From: a virus
Reading direction: 5' to 3' (one strand)
IMG/VR virus record: IMGVR_UViG_3300033559_000303
Location: 1 to 64,000 of that record
Length of the DNA: 64,000 nucleotides
Both the position numbers and the translations under genes were made by a program. Below, one piece after another: positions 1 through 11,121 of this stretch; within the stretch, counting starts at the first letter, position 1; each line of letters begins with the position of its first letter. A model generated the notes under the pieces. That model was not told where the DNA came from. It made no database searches and saw only the letters and a list, made by a program, of their open reading frames with translations.

Positions 1-2168
1 AATAGTTCTTGCTGCGTTTTATACTCCCTACCCTCCCCAACCATTGTCGCGTTAGCAAGTACAGATAGGTCTTCAATAAACCCCGTGCCTTGACCCCGTG
101 TTACAAGTTTATCAATACCACCACCGCCAAGGCCGCCGGCACCCCGTATTTGCCCCATTAACTCATCAATCTGACCTTTGTATAGTGTACGCTTTTTGCC
201 ATAAGCTGTCATCCGCTGTTTTGACATGCCCATAAACCCAAAGGTTGCACCCTCGATGACTGTTTTTGATTTAATTAAATCCTGAACCTCTTTTGATCTT
301 ACCGCATTAACTTTTCCACCAGATCCTATTGCTGCTATGACCTTTGCAGCATCATACTCACCCGGTTGTAAGCCTGAGGATTTTAATCCGTAATACCCCT
401 CCATACCAGCCATTCCAGCTCCGGAATAATCATATGACTCACGGCCTGGTAAAAAGTAATCGTTAACACTATTATATACTCCGCCGGCCCATTTCCCAAC
501 ACCTTGACCAACACCAACAAAACCTTCAAAGGTATCTAGTGCCCCACTTGCTACCCCTGCTCCTGATCGCCTGATCATGCTGCCTGTCGCCTGTATTACA
601 GTTTGACTACCACCACGCCTACGCATGCTACGTGCAGCTTCTTGCGATGCGGCATACTGCCTTCTCTGCCCAAAGTAATTCTTATCAGCTGTCATGTACT
701 CCATAGCCATATTAATATCATTGATATTTCCAGACGGGGTCATCTGGCGCGCAAAATCATACAGCGCGGCTTGCTTGTCAGCATATGGAAATTGGCTTTT
801 GAATACTTCAAACGACTTATTCAAGAACATTTCAGGTGAAACACCCATGCCAGCCATTGCGTTGGAGCCCTTCATCTTGAAAAGGTCCATCATTGCTATT
901 CTGGACCCCATATTATACCCAGTGGTATTTGCCATGGACGAAATTTGGTAGGCTGAAGCCGGGTTATTCATGATTTTGGCAACCTTTGACGGATCAAGGT
1001 CACCTTTTGAATTCATCATCGCAGCCATCATGTGAGTTCCAATATCTGACGACATAGTATTCAACATCAGGTTTGAAATCTTCTGAGACGCCGCGCCAAC
1101 ACCCCCAGCCGCAGCTATGGCTCTTTGTTGAGAAACGTTTCCACTCTGACTCATATACCCAACATTAATACCGGTCTGCATATATGTCGACGCACCAAGT
1201 TGAGACGAGTATGGTGTACCCTGGACTGCAGCTGCTCCGGATGAGGCCAGGCTGAGGAGGTTCTGTGGCCCAAGACCTGTTGCGCCACCAAATGCCTTAG
1301 CCGCCCTGACAGCGCTTGTAATCTGGCTGATATTACCAAATCCGGAGTCGCGCATTTCCTTAATAAGAGCGAGTCCACCCTCTTTAGTAACATTCATCAA
1401 CTTGACGATCTCTTCGGTTGATTTGAAGAGTTCTTTCACATTTCTTGTCAACTGACTGACGGATCCTGAATCTGCGCCAGGTGCACTTGATTTTGCTGAT
1501 ATCAACCCCTCAGCGAGCCCGGTCTTAAATATCTCAGATTTCTGTCCTGCATTGAAAAAGCTTGAGCCACTACCACGGTTGATCAACTGACTAACAGCTC
1601 TACCGGCTTCATTTGCATAAGAAGCGCTATTCTGCCTTAATCCAATCTCATTACGATACGAAAAGGTATCGGCCATAATAGCCTGCTGTCTGAGTCGCTG
1701 ATTGATAACTGGGTCCATCATTCCATTGGCAATAGTATTGAGCCCACCACCAATGGTTAATCCACCAATAAGCCCTCCAACAATTGGTATAGGTATCGCA
1801 GCCTGCCCAATTGCTGCCCCTGCTGCAAAAGTTCCTATTGAAGCCCCTGTTTTCAAAATTGTTCCAGCGCCAACTGTTCGCTGTGACTGGGCCTGCATGT
1901 TCTGGGTGTACTGATAGTGCTGGCGCATCTCATATCCAGCGCCACCCGACAACATTGGATCGTTCAGAATAGTCCTAAGTCTTCTTGGTTCCTGGGCATA
2001 AACAGGCATGGCTCCCTGGGTGGAGTATTGATACACAGGGGACATCTGAGCCATGTCCTGATAATTAACATTAGCATCCGGCACTGTTCCACCGGTGAAA
2101 TACTCTCCAGCCATGTAACTCGGAGCCCTACCGGCTATCTTGCCATATCCAACCATTCTTTCAGGCAT
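1..2168 (-). CDS. Tape measure-like protein, 5' part (runs off the window edge)
   Basis: Not in the ORF track because there is no stop in the window. Manual translation from ATG 2168 gives MPERMVGYGKIAGRAPSY...GAAIGQAAIPIPIVGGLIGG..., a long Ala/Gly/Gln-rich frame directly downstream of the frameshifted chaperone pair. Confidence 0.75.
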   Translation of the reverse strand, partial: MPERMVGYGKIAGRAPSYMAGEYFTGGTVPDANVNYQDMAQMSPVYQYSTQGAMPVYAQEPRRLRTILNDPMLSGGAGYEMRQHYQYTQNMQAQSQRTVGAGTILKTGASIGTFAAGAAIGQAAIPIPIVGGLIGGLTIGGGLNTIANGMMDPVINQRLRQQAIMADTFSYRNEIGLRQNSASYANEAGRAVSQLINRGSGSSFFNAGQKSEIFKTGLAEGLISAKSSAPGADSGSVSQLTRNVKELFKSTEEIVKLMNVTKEGGLALIKEMRDSGFGNISQITSAVRAAKAFGGATGLGPQNLLSLASSGAAAVQGTPYSSQLGASTYMQTGINVGYMSQSGNVSQQRAIAAAGGVGAASQKISNLMLNTMSSDIGTHMMAAMMNSKGDLDPSKVAKIMNNPASAYQISSMANTTGYNMGSRIAMMDLFKMKGSNAMAGMGVSPEMFLNKSFEVFKSQFPYADKQAALYDFARQMTPSGNINDINMAMEYMTADKNYFGQRRQYAASQEAARSMRRRGGSQTVIQATGSMIRRSGAGVASGALDTFEGFVGVGQGVGKWAGGVYNSVNDYFLPGRESYDYSGAGMAGMEGYYGLKSSGLQPGEYDAAKVIAAIGSGGKVNAVRSKEVQDLIKSKTVIEGATFGFMGMSKQRMTAYGKKRTLYKGQIDELMGQIRGAGGLGGGGIDKLVTRGQGTGFIEDLSVLANATMVGEGREYKTQQEL

Positions 2169-2257
2169 ATTCCATCCAATATTTATGATTAATAACTATT
2201 ATATAAAAAATAAATCCATGCGTACTGAAAGTCCAATGAATTACTTTTTATTAATGG

Positions 2258-2533
2258 TTAGACCCTTATTTTTATCGGCCCGCTCTTTCTGACATTTTCG
2301 AACATTTTCTGGAATTTAGCTACTTTCTCCACCCGTTTATATTTCGACTCAGGAGAGAAATGGTCATGCACATTATCCATAATACTCTGAGTAGAGGTGT
2401 CATTAAGTGATGGTGATAGAGCAGCCATAGATGACAGGTATAAACTATGCCATTGCCATTTTAGTGCTTCAATGGCATAATGCTCTTCCTGCGATCTGTA
2501 CGGATATTCTATCCCCCTGGCTATGAGCTCCAT
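2258..2533 (-). CDS. Tail assembly chaperone C-terminal extension (gpT-like, reached by -1 frameshift)
   Basis: In the -1 frame of the upstream ORF, open from the slippery site CCCAAAA (2569-2563); lies immediately upstream of the tape measure gene. Confidence 0.75.
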   Translation of the reverse strand: MELIARGIEYPYRSQEEHYAIEALKWQWHSLYLSSMAALSPSLNDTSTQSIMDNVHDHFSPESKYKRVEKVAKFQKMFENVRKSGPIKIRV

Positions 2534-2536
2534 ACG

Positions 2537-2569
2537 AGCCCTGTTCTCAACCAGGGCTAGGATTTTGGG
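2537..2569 (-). promoter_or_regulatory. -1 programmed ribosomal frameshift signal
   Basis: Heptamer C CCA AAA followed after 4 nt by the hairpin AGCCCTG-N8-CAGGGCT. Confidence 0.8.
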
Positions 2570-3393
2570 ACGGCTTTAGTCCGTTTCTGATCGAGTGATT
2601 TGAACAATCTGTTCTCATACTCAAATTTTCTCTCATTGATAGTATCAATAAGCAGATTTCCCCATTCCATTATAATAGTAGCTCTGTGATTTACACCACC
2701 AATAATAATATCCAGTAAATCCCTGTATTCCTGTATCTTTCCAGAAGACAGCAGGGTTAAGGCTTTTTTGTATGCAGCCTTCAGAACCTTCAGTGAGAAG
2801 TGCCGATTCTCATCTTTGCATATATCTTCTCCATTAAATCCAACGACAAACATTGCCATGGAGTACATCTGACGCCGACTCATAAGGGCGCCTTCAGATA
2901 TAAGGAGTGATTCATTATTGTCAATTTCATCAGTACCAGCCTTCATCATGGTTGCCGATGTAATAAAGCGCTTCATGCAGACTTCTATAATTTCATGGTC
3001 AAGTGGTGATTGCGACACAACGGTGACTTTGCGATCTTTAAACCCGATCGGTATATCATATTGAGCATAACCTTGAAAAAGTATCTGCTCAAGTGTTGAC
3101 TGCTCTTCTTCAGAGAGTTCAACATCTTCCACTTCATTCCATTTAGAATTATTCTGCTCCAGTGCATTATTGATGTTATCAATCAACTTGGACTGGTCGT
3201 CTTTCATAATCTCCGCAACCTGATCTTTGCCGGCTGCAGCCTGCGCCGCACTTCTTTTTGACTGATCAAGTTTATACTTTTCACTTGGAGATACGAAATC
3301 CACCTTTTGTGTAATATTGGATTCCATGAGTATTTCAGCGCTTTTGTTTTCTGCCTGTGCTGATCCGGCTGACTCGTCGAGACTGAATTTCAT
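2557..3393 (-). CDS. Tail assembly chaperone (gpG-like)
   Basis: 278-aa acidic ORF ending GTC CCA AAA TCC TAG; position before the tape measure gene plus a frameshift signal. Confidence 0.7.
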   Translation of the reverse strand: MKFSLDESAGSAQAENKSAEILMESNITQKVDFVSPSEKYKLDQSKRSAAQAAAGKDQVAEIMKDDQSKLIDNINNALEQNNSKWNEVEDVELSEEEQSTLEQILFQGYAQYDIPIGFKDRKVTVVSQSPLDHEIIEVCMKRFITSATMMKAGTDEIDNNESLLISEGALMSRRQMYSMAMFVVGFNGEDICKDENRHFSLKVLKAAYKKALTLLSSGKIQEYRDLLDIIIGGVNHRATIIMEWGNLLIDTINERKFEYENRLFKSLDQKRTKAVPKS

Positions 3394-3473
3394 TTTTTGG
3401 CCCTTTGAAAAAATGGTTTGTCATTCAGTGACTAATATATAAGATGAGACTGGATAAGTCAATGTTTGTTAAA

Positions 3474-3502
3474 TGTTATTACGACTAAAAAGCTGGTATA
3501 AT
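3474..3502 (+). promoter_or_regulatory. Phage promoter motif KGTTA-N15-TGGWATAAT (first of 14 copies)
   Basis: Copies start at 3474, 5202, 9207, 14314, 15790, 27261, 35790, 36767, 38025, 40294, 42837, 48658, 49958 and 52419. All have a 15-nt spacer, are on the plus strand and lie at or between gene boundaries. The 15790 (TGAGATAAT) and 27261 (TGGCATAAT) copies are variants. Confidence 0.85.
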
Positions 3503-3870
3503 AATGATGTACAGATTATCAAGCTAAGCTATTACACAGTGTAATAGATAGCACTAAACTTTATCAGAAGGGGGTATAGTATGCCGGAGATAGCGGATAT
3601 CTACGAGACTGAACTCATGATGAGTTAAGGCTTAAATGAATTTGCGCGCATTTATTTTTAATGCGCGCTTTTTTTACTTATTAAAAGGAGGGTATATGAG
3701 CGGAATATGGGGACCGGTTATCAGAAAAATGGCAGTTGATGATTTTGGAGTAAATCCGTCATCTGCAGATATGGTTGCGTTTATGGTTTTAAAGCGGTGC
3801 AATGAAAATACGACAATGATAGCGCTGCGTGGCATCATGCGTGAAATAATTAACAGTAAAGGAGTTATTA

Positions 3871-4353
3871 ATGCCAATACTTAAAAAACTCCCGGATGGT
3901 GAGGAAGTAGAGATTACCATATCTCACCATGCCCTTGAGCGGTTTATTCAAAGGAGGATCAAGAACCTGGATATTCAGATGCAATGTGCTATCAATAAGA
4001 AGATCACACTTTCTGAGGAGGAGTTTCAGAAAATGCGAAGGCTTGCTTATAAAACTTTGACTGAAACCAAATACTACAAGAAGAATGTTGCACGACAGAA
4101 GAATATAAATTTTATTTCTGAAGATAGCAGCATTGTATTCAGGTGTATCAGAATGGATCATGGAAAAGAATTTAACCCTGATGGGTTAAGAGCTTTCCTT
4201 GTAATAACTATCCTCGATGGAAGAATGAGCGCTGTCGCGGCAACAAAGATGCATAGCAAAAACTCTAATGTGTTCGTTCTTGTTGGAAATGGAATAGAAG
4301 TGCCAATGTGTGACTATATCAATAACACTTTTAGAAGGGGTAGAAATAAATGA
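3871..4353 (+). CDS. Hypothetical protein (ISHHALERF...R motif)
   Basis: 160-aa ORF with RBS AAGGAG; the HAxxR motif is common in small phage RNase-fold proteins. Confidence 0.6.
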   Translation: MPILKKLPDGEEVEITISHHALERFIQRRIKNLDIQMQCAINKKITLSEEEFQKMRRLAYKTLTETKYYKKNVARQKNINFISEDSSIVFRCIRMDHGKEFNPDGLRAFLVITILDGRMSAVAATKMHSKNSNVFVLVGNGIEVPMCDYINNTFRRGRNK

Positions 4354-4583
4354 ATGCAAAAAGACGCGTTTCAGCGCCAAGTATGCGATGTAAGTGTGGC
4401 AAAACTGTTTTTACTAATTTCATAGCCGCAGAGGATGAGGGTAGAATCAGAATTGCTGGTAAAAAATGTGAATGCGGCGCTTATTACCGCGTTATGTGTT
4501 CTGGGAAAAAATATCAGGAAGAAATTTGACCTTAAAATAAATATTTGATTTATTTTATAACAAACACTTCACAAGGAGGGCAC

Positions 4584-4931
4584 ATGGTTATTATTGTGGA
4601 AGATGAAGACATGTTACTTGAGATGATAGCAAGCTACTTATCTGATTATGACTGCATACCTGTTCACTCCCTACGTGAGCTCAAGAGTGTTAGTGATAAA
4701 ATTAAAGATGCGTCATGTGTTTTTACTGATATGAATATTGGTTTCAATGAAACCGGTTTTGATGTCATGCGGTATATAAAATCAATAAATAATGATGCTT
4801 TCATGGTTGCTATGACAGGTTGTACAGATATGACTGATCTTACCCAGATGGGTTTTGATGCATGTCTGTATAAACCTTTTTCTATGTCTGACCTGAAAGC
4901 ATTGTGTTCTAAACATAAAGGAGATGTTTGA
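4584..4931 (+). CDS. Stand-alone response-regulator receiver (CheY-like) domain protein
   Basis: IIVEDE acidic pocket, phosphoacceptor D in FTDMNIG, T in AMTG, KPF motif; RBS GGAGGG. Confidence 0.85.
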   Translation: MVIIVEDEDMLLEMIASYLSDYDCIPVHSLRELKSVSDKIKDASCVFTDMNIGFNETGFDVMRYIKSINNDAFMVAMTGCTDMTDLTQMGFDACLYKPFSMSDLKALCSKHKGDV

Positions 4932-5444
4932 TGCCTGGTATAATATTAGTAGCACTTGGTGTGGTAACCCTGGTGTGTATGGCTATTATTAATGGGGTGT
5001 ATGGAGGTCGAGATGAGTAAGTCTGCGCCTAAAGCTGTTGTTTGTGTAAAATGCGGCAAAGAGCCTGTTGGGGTGCCTATTATGTCAGACCAGGGTGTAA
5101 GAAAGATATCCTTGTCATGCGGGTGTGACGATGGTGTCAAGGCGTACAGTGCTGTCAGCGCAATATTAAAGTGGAACAATAAGCAAAGCTCATAACTTAT
5201 TTGTTATCAATTCATTTTTTCTGGTATAATAGTAATGTAGGAGTAATTCAGCTCCTATATTTAAGTGAGGTGTATCATGGTCACAATATTTCTGAAAAAG
5301 GCTGGTTCTAAAACCAACCTTCCGATGAATCATCGGAAAATTATAATCCTCGAGTCTGAGGTTGAAAGTACTCAGACTAAAGCAAAGAGCGAGGGGTGGG
5401 AGGTTACTGAGATCAAAAAAGGATCTTGGTAACCAGTCACACAG

Positions 5445-5478
5445 GGGGGGGCAACTCAGAAATGGGTTGCCTTTTTTT
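5445..5478 (+). terminator. Rho-independent terminator
   Basis: GGCAACTC-agaaat-GGGTTGCC hairpin followed by a T-run. Confidence 0.7.
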
Positions 5479-6294
5479 ATTGCCCCTTTCTTATTTTCAT
5501 CAATATAACTATATTACACAGCAGAACAGCGCTGTAGATACTTAAAGGAGTGTTAAATGTTTGATTCGTCAGAAAGAGTTGGCTTGGTATTAATTATACT
5601 GACGCTTTTTATCTCTTTTTTTATTTTTGCCATCAATACAATTATTGAATCAATAATGGCCATCAGATGTCCTGAGTGCGGTAGTGATGGTAATATAAAA
5701 AATAAAAGAAATGCAGTTGTATCATGTATTGATTGCGGTGTGCATTTCAATACTATTGACTTTATAACCAGGGGGGTGTATAATGGAAGAATCTCGTAAG
5801 CTGGAAAGAATTACATCCTTCGAAGATGCTTGTGATATCCTGTCAGGTGAAATAAAGAAATTGAAGGGTGTAAACCAAGACATAAAAGCGGCAATGAAAC
5901 TTGCCTTGAGAAGTATGAAGCGTAATGCTGAAAATATTATCGAGGGGGTAGTATGACTGATTGTTTTATTCCCATAACTCTGAGTGTTATATTCTTATCT
6001 GTGTCAGTTATTTGTACAGTAAGGTCCTTTAGGAGGTTGACAAAGCCGCAGTGTAAATTGTGTAAATCAGAAAACATATCCTTCATGTATGGGGAAAACG
6101 AGCTTATACCAACTCATATAAAATGCCTGGATTGCGGGGCTTTATATGAAATCAAGCAGATAATCTGGCGCAAAGATGGTATCATGCTCATGTCTCTTTT
6201 CCAGATTCAGTAAACATAGCTAATTTCAATCATTAATAGTGCGGTGTGTAAAAAGCTCACACCCTATTTGTATTTATTAAAAGAAGGGGGTTTT

Positions 6295-6618
6295 ATGGAC
6301 GATTGTATTGAAGTAAGAAAGCTTGTCAGCAATGTGGTGCAGTGGGGTGTGGACCGTGGCATTTTTGAAAAATCAAACCCGGAAAAGCAGTTTGGAAAAA
6401 CAATGGAAGAGGTGCTTGAGCTCCACAAAGCCATCGTTGAAAATGACCGGCTTGAAATTGTTGATGCCATCGGCGATATCCAGGTAACACTGATACTGTT
6501 GTCAGAGATGTACGGGATCAGCTATGATCAGTCGCTGCAGTCGGCTTACAATGTTATCAAAAAACGCACTGGTAAAATGGTGAATGGTGTTTTTGTGAAA
6601 GATAACCCTAATTCATGA
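6295..6618 (+). CDS. MazG-like nucleotide pyrophosphohydrolase
   Basis: WGVDRGI...KTMEEVLEL...DAIGDIQVTL...AYNVIKKRTGKMVNGVFVK, typical of the phage MazG-like family. Confidence 0.85.
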   Translation: MDDCIEVRKLVSNVVQWGVDRGIFEKSNPEKQFGKTMEEVLELHKAIVENDRLEIVDAIGDIQVTLILLSEMYGISYDQSLQSAYNVIKKRTGKMVNGVFVKDNPNS

Positions 6619-6634
6619 AAAGGACAGATAAGGG

Positions 6635-6871
6635 ATGCAGAAAGCTATTAAAATATCTACAGTAGAATGGATTATGGGATCTAAAATCCTTGAATGTGCG
6701 GATATTGAGTCTGATAAGACAAAGGTTATTTTTGCGCACTGCTCAAAACCACTGATTGACATGATGCATAACCGATCGGCAATTATTGACACAGACTTCA
6801 ATAGAGGGATATTGAAAGCCATGCTTGAGGCCCACGGTTTTACAGAGGTTATATTTATGCAAGATGAATAG
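6635..6871 (+). CDS. Hypothetical protein, paralog of 30050..30292
   Basis: Shared C-terminus LKxxLEAHG(F/Y)xEVIF. Confidence 0.6.
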   Translation: MQKAIKISTVEWIMGSKILECADIESDKTKVIFAHCSKPLIDMMHNRSAIIDTDFNRGILKAMLEAHGFTEVIFMQDE

Positions 6872-8019
6872 GGGGTACACGTGCTGTTGTTCATACCTGT
6901 ATGGGAGGATCTGCCGGCTAGATTAGTCCCTACAGATGATTATGATATTTATGAAATGTGTGCCGATCCAAAGTTTGGTTGGTACTTTTATGTTGGATAT
7001 TAATTAAAAGGAGTGGATTTTATGGCTAAGTACAAGATTTCGATGGTTATTGAGACAACAAGCTGGTTTGAAGATGATATGGATTCAGGTTTAAGCGTTG
7101 AGGATAACATTATGCAGACACTGGACTCCAATATCGATGGTTTGGATGTTGAGTATTCGAGCTTTAAATGCAAAAAGCTGGAGGATTAAATGAAAAATAG
7201 TACAGGTCTTGGGGGGTTACTCCATGAGCGAGCACTCCTGATTCGCCACAGAAAAGTTGGTTTACTTCCAACAAGGTTTATCAAACTTATTGATGAAAAG
7301 TTGGAGAAAAATTTCAAAATACTATCAAGATACAAAGGTGAGTGGTGAGTATGCGAGTACAAATTGATGTTTCTGAAAACAAAGAGGGGACCAGTTACCC
7401 CTGGTGGGTAATCGTTGACCTTGATAAATTCATAGGCCTTGAATCCACGAGTGATGTTTCCGGCACCATTACATCCCAGGCGATTGCAGGTCCATTCTTC
7501 TCCCGGGATGAGGCTGAAACAGCAATGCGCAAGCATGCGCATAACTATACCGGTAGGGTAATAATACTCTGCCTGTCCGGGTATAGGTCTGAGCAATATA
7601 GAAAGCGCCTCGATGGCGAAGTTCAAGGCTTAAGTATTCTTGACGATCATTTTTAATGATGGATGATCATCAAAGTTTCTTGACGATCATTTATGATTAT
7701 CAAAGGGGTAGATATGACTGATGACTATCGTGTGCCACTCACTATTATGAATTCACTTATTGTGTTTTTAATTGTATATCCAATAGTTATGATTTCAATT
7801 AGTATGTGGATCAGACATAGAAAGGAAAAAAATCGTGCATTTAGAAGGAGCCGGTAAGGGTGACAGCCCAAGAAAAAGCCTGGTACCTCATAGGAGGGTT
7901 GCCGATGTGCATACCAAAGCATTAGGTTTGGTGTGTGCAAGGTGCAGAAAAAAAATAGAGGTAACAGATCGGGATCTTGATCTTGATTATCCAGTTTGTA
8001 ACAATTGTAAGGAGAAGTT

Positions 8020-8493
8020 ATGATTCATATAAAAAGAAGCGAAACAGCCGACAGTCGTACATGCGACTATAAAAATGTGTCGGAGGAAACTCTGATGAGC
8101 AGCACTGAGCATCACTTGGTTGATGTTTACTCTGCGATGATCTTTTTTGCAAAAGAACTTATAGACCAGGCCGGTACGCATGATTGGGATAAAGTCACTG
8201 AGTTTAAGGGTTTTTACGAAGCGTTTAGATCCGGTTTCCCAGTAAATGGTGCCCAGCCAAACATGTGGCTCGGTAATCATTATATAGTCAACCGGCACCA
8301 CCTGCTGAATGAAGAGGGTGTCCCTGAGGATGTGAACTTAATAGATATAATGGAGTTCATAGCTGACTGGGTGATGGCCGGCATGGGTCGAAGTGGAAGT
8401 GTGCGACCTGTTGAGCTGCCGCCCGAGTTACTTGCAAAGGCTTTCCAGAACACTATAAAACTGCTTGAAAAACAGGTGCAAGTGATCAGCTGA
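8020..8493 (+). CDS. His/Asp-rich putative metal-dependent hydrolase (DUF5662-like)
   Basis: Motifs HDWDK, NRHH and NLIDIMEFIADW. Confidence 0.5.
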   Translation: MIHIKRSETADSRTCDYKNVSEETLMSSTEHHLVDVYSAMIFFAKELIDQAGTHDWDKVTEFKGFYEAFRSGFPVNGAQPNMWLGNHYIVNRHHLLNEEGVPEDVNLIDIMEFIADWVMAGMGRSGSVRPVELPPELLAKAFQNTIKLLEKQVQVIS

Positions 8494-8612
8494 GTTCCAA
8501 AAATAGTTAAAAATAAAATACCATCCCAGTGGTATTTTATTTTTTTAACTATGCACATGCTATGGATTGAATTATTTTTCTTTAAGAGTAATTTTATTCA
8601 TAAGGAGTTTAT

Positions 8613-9140
8613 ATGTACAACCATGATGTTATGAACGATATTTATCGCAATTCGTTCGATGATGAGCTTCAAAAACTGGCGTCAGGTGGCGCTGGAGCAA
8701 CAGCACTCGCCCTACTTGCACTTGGCGGGTTGGGAGGCCTCTTTGGTATGGGTGAAGCCTCTTCCGTTCAGGATGCCGGATCTATTGAAGCTGCTGAAAT
8801 GCCGTTTAATATGTATCTTAACCAGAATCAGCTTGAGACACTTCAGTCTGCGGTAGACAGTGCAAAGCGTGATGATGGGAAATTCAAATCATTCTCGCTC
8901 AGGCACCCATTCATTACTGGTGCGGCAACCCTTGGTATTGCCCCAAGTATTGCAGCCGCTGATATACGCGGACCAGCAATGACTGCAATTAAGAGAAATG
9001 ATCCTGCATTCGCAGAGGCATATCGCCAGGCTCTTAATGAAGAGATAGCTACAGAAAGCGCAGCTATTGCTGCCAGATCGCAGCAGAGCAGGGCAACGAA
9101 TGATAGCCTCAGACTTATTCGAGAGATGAATAACTCTTAA
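8613..9140 (+). CDS. E-L-x-K-x-A leader family protein with Gly/Ala hydrophobic segments
   Basis: N-terminus DIYRNSFDDELQKLA resembles the leaders of 52730, 53686 and 54062. Confidence 0.7.
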   Translation: MYNHDVMNDIYRNSFDDELQKLASGGAGATALALLALGGLGGLFGMGEASSVQDAGSIEAAEMPFNMYLNQNQLETLQSAVDSAKRDDGKFKSFSLRHPFITGAATLGIAPSIAAADIRGPAMTAIKRNDPAFAEAYRQALNEEIATESAAIAARSQQSRATNDSLRLIREMNNS

Positions 9141-9518
9141 TAATTTTTGTATAACATTTCCTAAGAGGCCTGGTAAGAAATTACCTGGCCTTTTTCTTTT
9201 CCATTCGGTTATTTAAGTCTATTTTCTGGTATAATAATTATGGAGTATTCTTTAACTTTTTTCGAAGGAGGAGTGTATGACAAGTAATGTAAAACCTAAA
9301 AAACAGATAGGCTACTATCAGAAGAAGCTTGTAAGATTTACATCGCTCTGTGATAGGATGTCACAGGATGAGATTAAGATGAGTGGAAGGGTTTCCGAGA
9401 AAACCCGCGACTTGTATTATGGTATCATCAATTTTAAGGGCGCTATTGAGATGGCGTTCTGATCCCGGGGGCTTTGCCCCCTTTTTAGACTTAAATACTT
9501 TTTTACATAGGAGGAAAT

Positions 9519-10736
9519 ATGAATAACCCCGGAGAAATAGCAAGACGGATAGCCAGGGCGATCACCCCTGAAAAACTGTCAAAGGCTGTTTCCAACCAAA
9601 TAAAGGCTATTGCAATGAAGGATTTGAATCCTGTTAAAGCTGAAACTCTTAAGCCATTGTTTGATACAGAGGTTGATTTGAGTATAGGTAGCGGCAGAAC
9701 AGTTTTTCCGGAGCTGGTAAACCTTGCTATCGCAGAGGATGTTGCAAATGAACTTGGGCATGGTGATCTCGCAAATCAATATGCCGCATCGACAGCGGAA
9801 TTTATTTCTAAGTATATCAAAGATTGGAAGATAGTCACTGAGTGTCTTTCCGGAAGAGGTTTGATGTACCATGTTGATGAGAATATGTGCGAGGCGATGT
9901 TATACACTAGGCCGACCGTACCGGTATCCATGCTCAAGCTGCCGTTTGATCTTATCTGTATTGAAATACCATCACACAATGTGCTGGTGATGCTCCGGAA
10001 GACGACGGGAAAGGTTATCGATCAGGAGTGCGAGGATAGGACACTCAACATTGATGCTTTGGAGATAGGGATGATGCCGTTGGAGATTATTGAAGGTGAC
10101 ATGTCCTGCATTCTGCATGAGACATCTACAATGCTACCTCTTGATGATCACCATATGAGTATCTGCATCCCCGGTGAAGAAAAGACTATTGAGGCTTATT
10201 TTGCCAGGTTATTCGACATAATGCGCGCAAACAACACTGAAGAGTATGTCATCCAGAGAAATGTACTCATGGGCGCTGGATTTGAGAAGAGGTGGAAACT
10301 TGATGATGTTGTCGATATGAACGCGCGCCTGCTCGAGGCTGTTAATATCGCCATCAACTCAATGCTCTACATCAGCACTCCAAGTCCGGATGTTGTAGAG
10401 AATACTGTGAAGTATACTCAGGTAAAACTTGTCCCGGGTCAAAAGAAGCGCGGCAAACCAAGAATGAAAAAGATTGAGAAGACATCTGAGGCTCCAATCT
10501 TTATCATCGGCAACGAATCATTCGCCATTCCAAAACCTGATGTTCATCAAACAAGTGAACAAAGTGGCGGCAAATGGAAAGTGAGAGTCTTGATGCCAGG
10601 GTCATATCAGATGCGCAGGTACGGATCAATGGAGCTCGGTGACGAGAGGCCATTGAGAAATGTCTGGGTCAAGTGGCACTGGAAGGGTCCGGAGGATGCA
10701 CCGATCGGGAGAAGGCCAAGGGTTTTTACATTTTAA
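9519..10736 (+). CDS. Hypothetical phage protein (405 aa, basic C-terminus ending VWVKWHWKG)
   Basis: Long ORF with strong RBS AGGAGG. Confidence 0.7.
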   Translation: MNNPGEIARRIARAITPEKLSKAVSNQIKAIAMKDLNPVKAETLKPLFDTEVDLSIGSGRTVFPELVNLAIAEDVANELGHGDLANQYAASTAEFISKYIKDWKIVTECLSGRGLMYHVDENMCEAMLYTRPTVPVSMLKLPFDLICIEIPSHNVLVMLRKTTGKVIDQECEDRTLNIDALEIGMMPLEIIEGDMSCILHETSTMLPLDDHHMSICIPGEEKTIEAYFARLFDIMRANNTEEYVIQRNVLMGAGFEKRWKLDDVVDMNARLLEAVNIAINSMLYISTPSPDVVENTVKYTQVKLVPGQKKRGKPRMKKIEKTSEAPIFIIGNESFAIPKPDVHQTSEQSGGKWKVRVLMPGSYQMRRYGSMELGDERPLRNVWVKWHWKGPEDAPIGRRPRVFTF

Positions 10737-11100
10737 GGAGTTTGTATGATTAATGATAATGTAGGCATCAAGTCAAGCGGAATACGAATTGGGTATAAAT
10801 ATTACCGCCAGCATCTTGGTTTTCTTTGTAGGCGTAGAAGAGATGATGGTACATTTAACACTATTGATGAACGGTCTTTCAAGAAGAAAGTCCAGGATAT
10901 GAGTAGTCAGGTAATTGAAGGTTTAAAGTCTATGGGGTTTAAGGCGGATACAGATTACCGCCTTAACAGTAAAACAGTGTGTTGCATGTTCAAGAAGACG
11001 CATTACGATCTTAAAATGCAACCGGTGTTTGGGTTGACAGATGAGTGTTATGATATTCTGTATCGCTGGTATTTGGACTGGAGTTGAGAGTATTCACGTA

Positions 11101-11121
11101 CCCCGGGAAACCGGGGTTTTT
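11101..11121 (+). terminator. Rho-independent terminator
   Basis: CCCCGG-GAAA-CCGGGG followed by TTTTT. Confidence 0.8.

Noticed and set aside
603-2192. Short ORFs listed in the track over the first 2.2 kb
   Set aside because: They are shadows of the long minus-strand tape-measure frame.
4916-4945. Additional copy of the bipartite promoter
   Set aside because: TGGTATAAT is present but the GTTA box at the 15-nt spacing is missing, so it was not counted.
7637-7704. Direct repeat TTCTTGACGATCATTT x2
   Set aside because: Only two copies with no associated feature; probably a local duplication.
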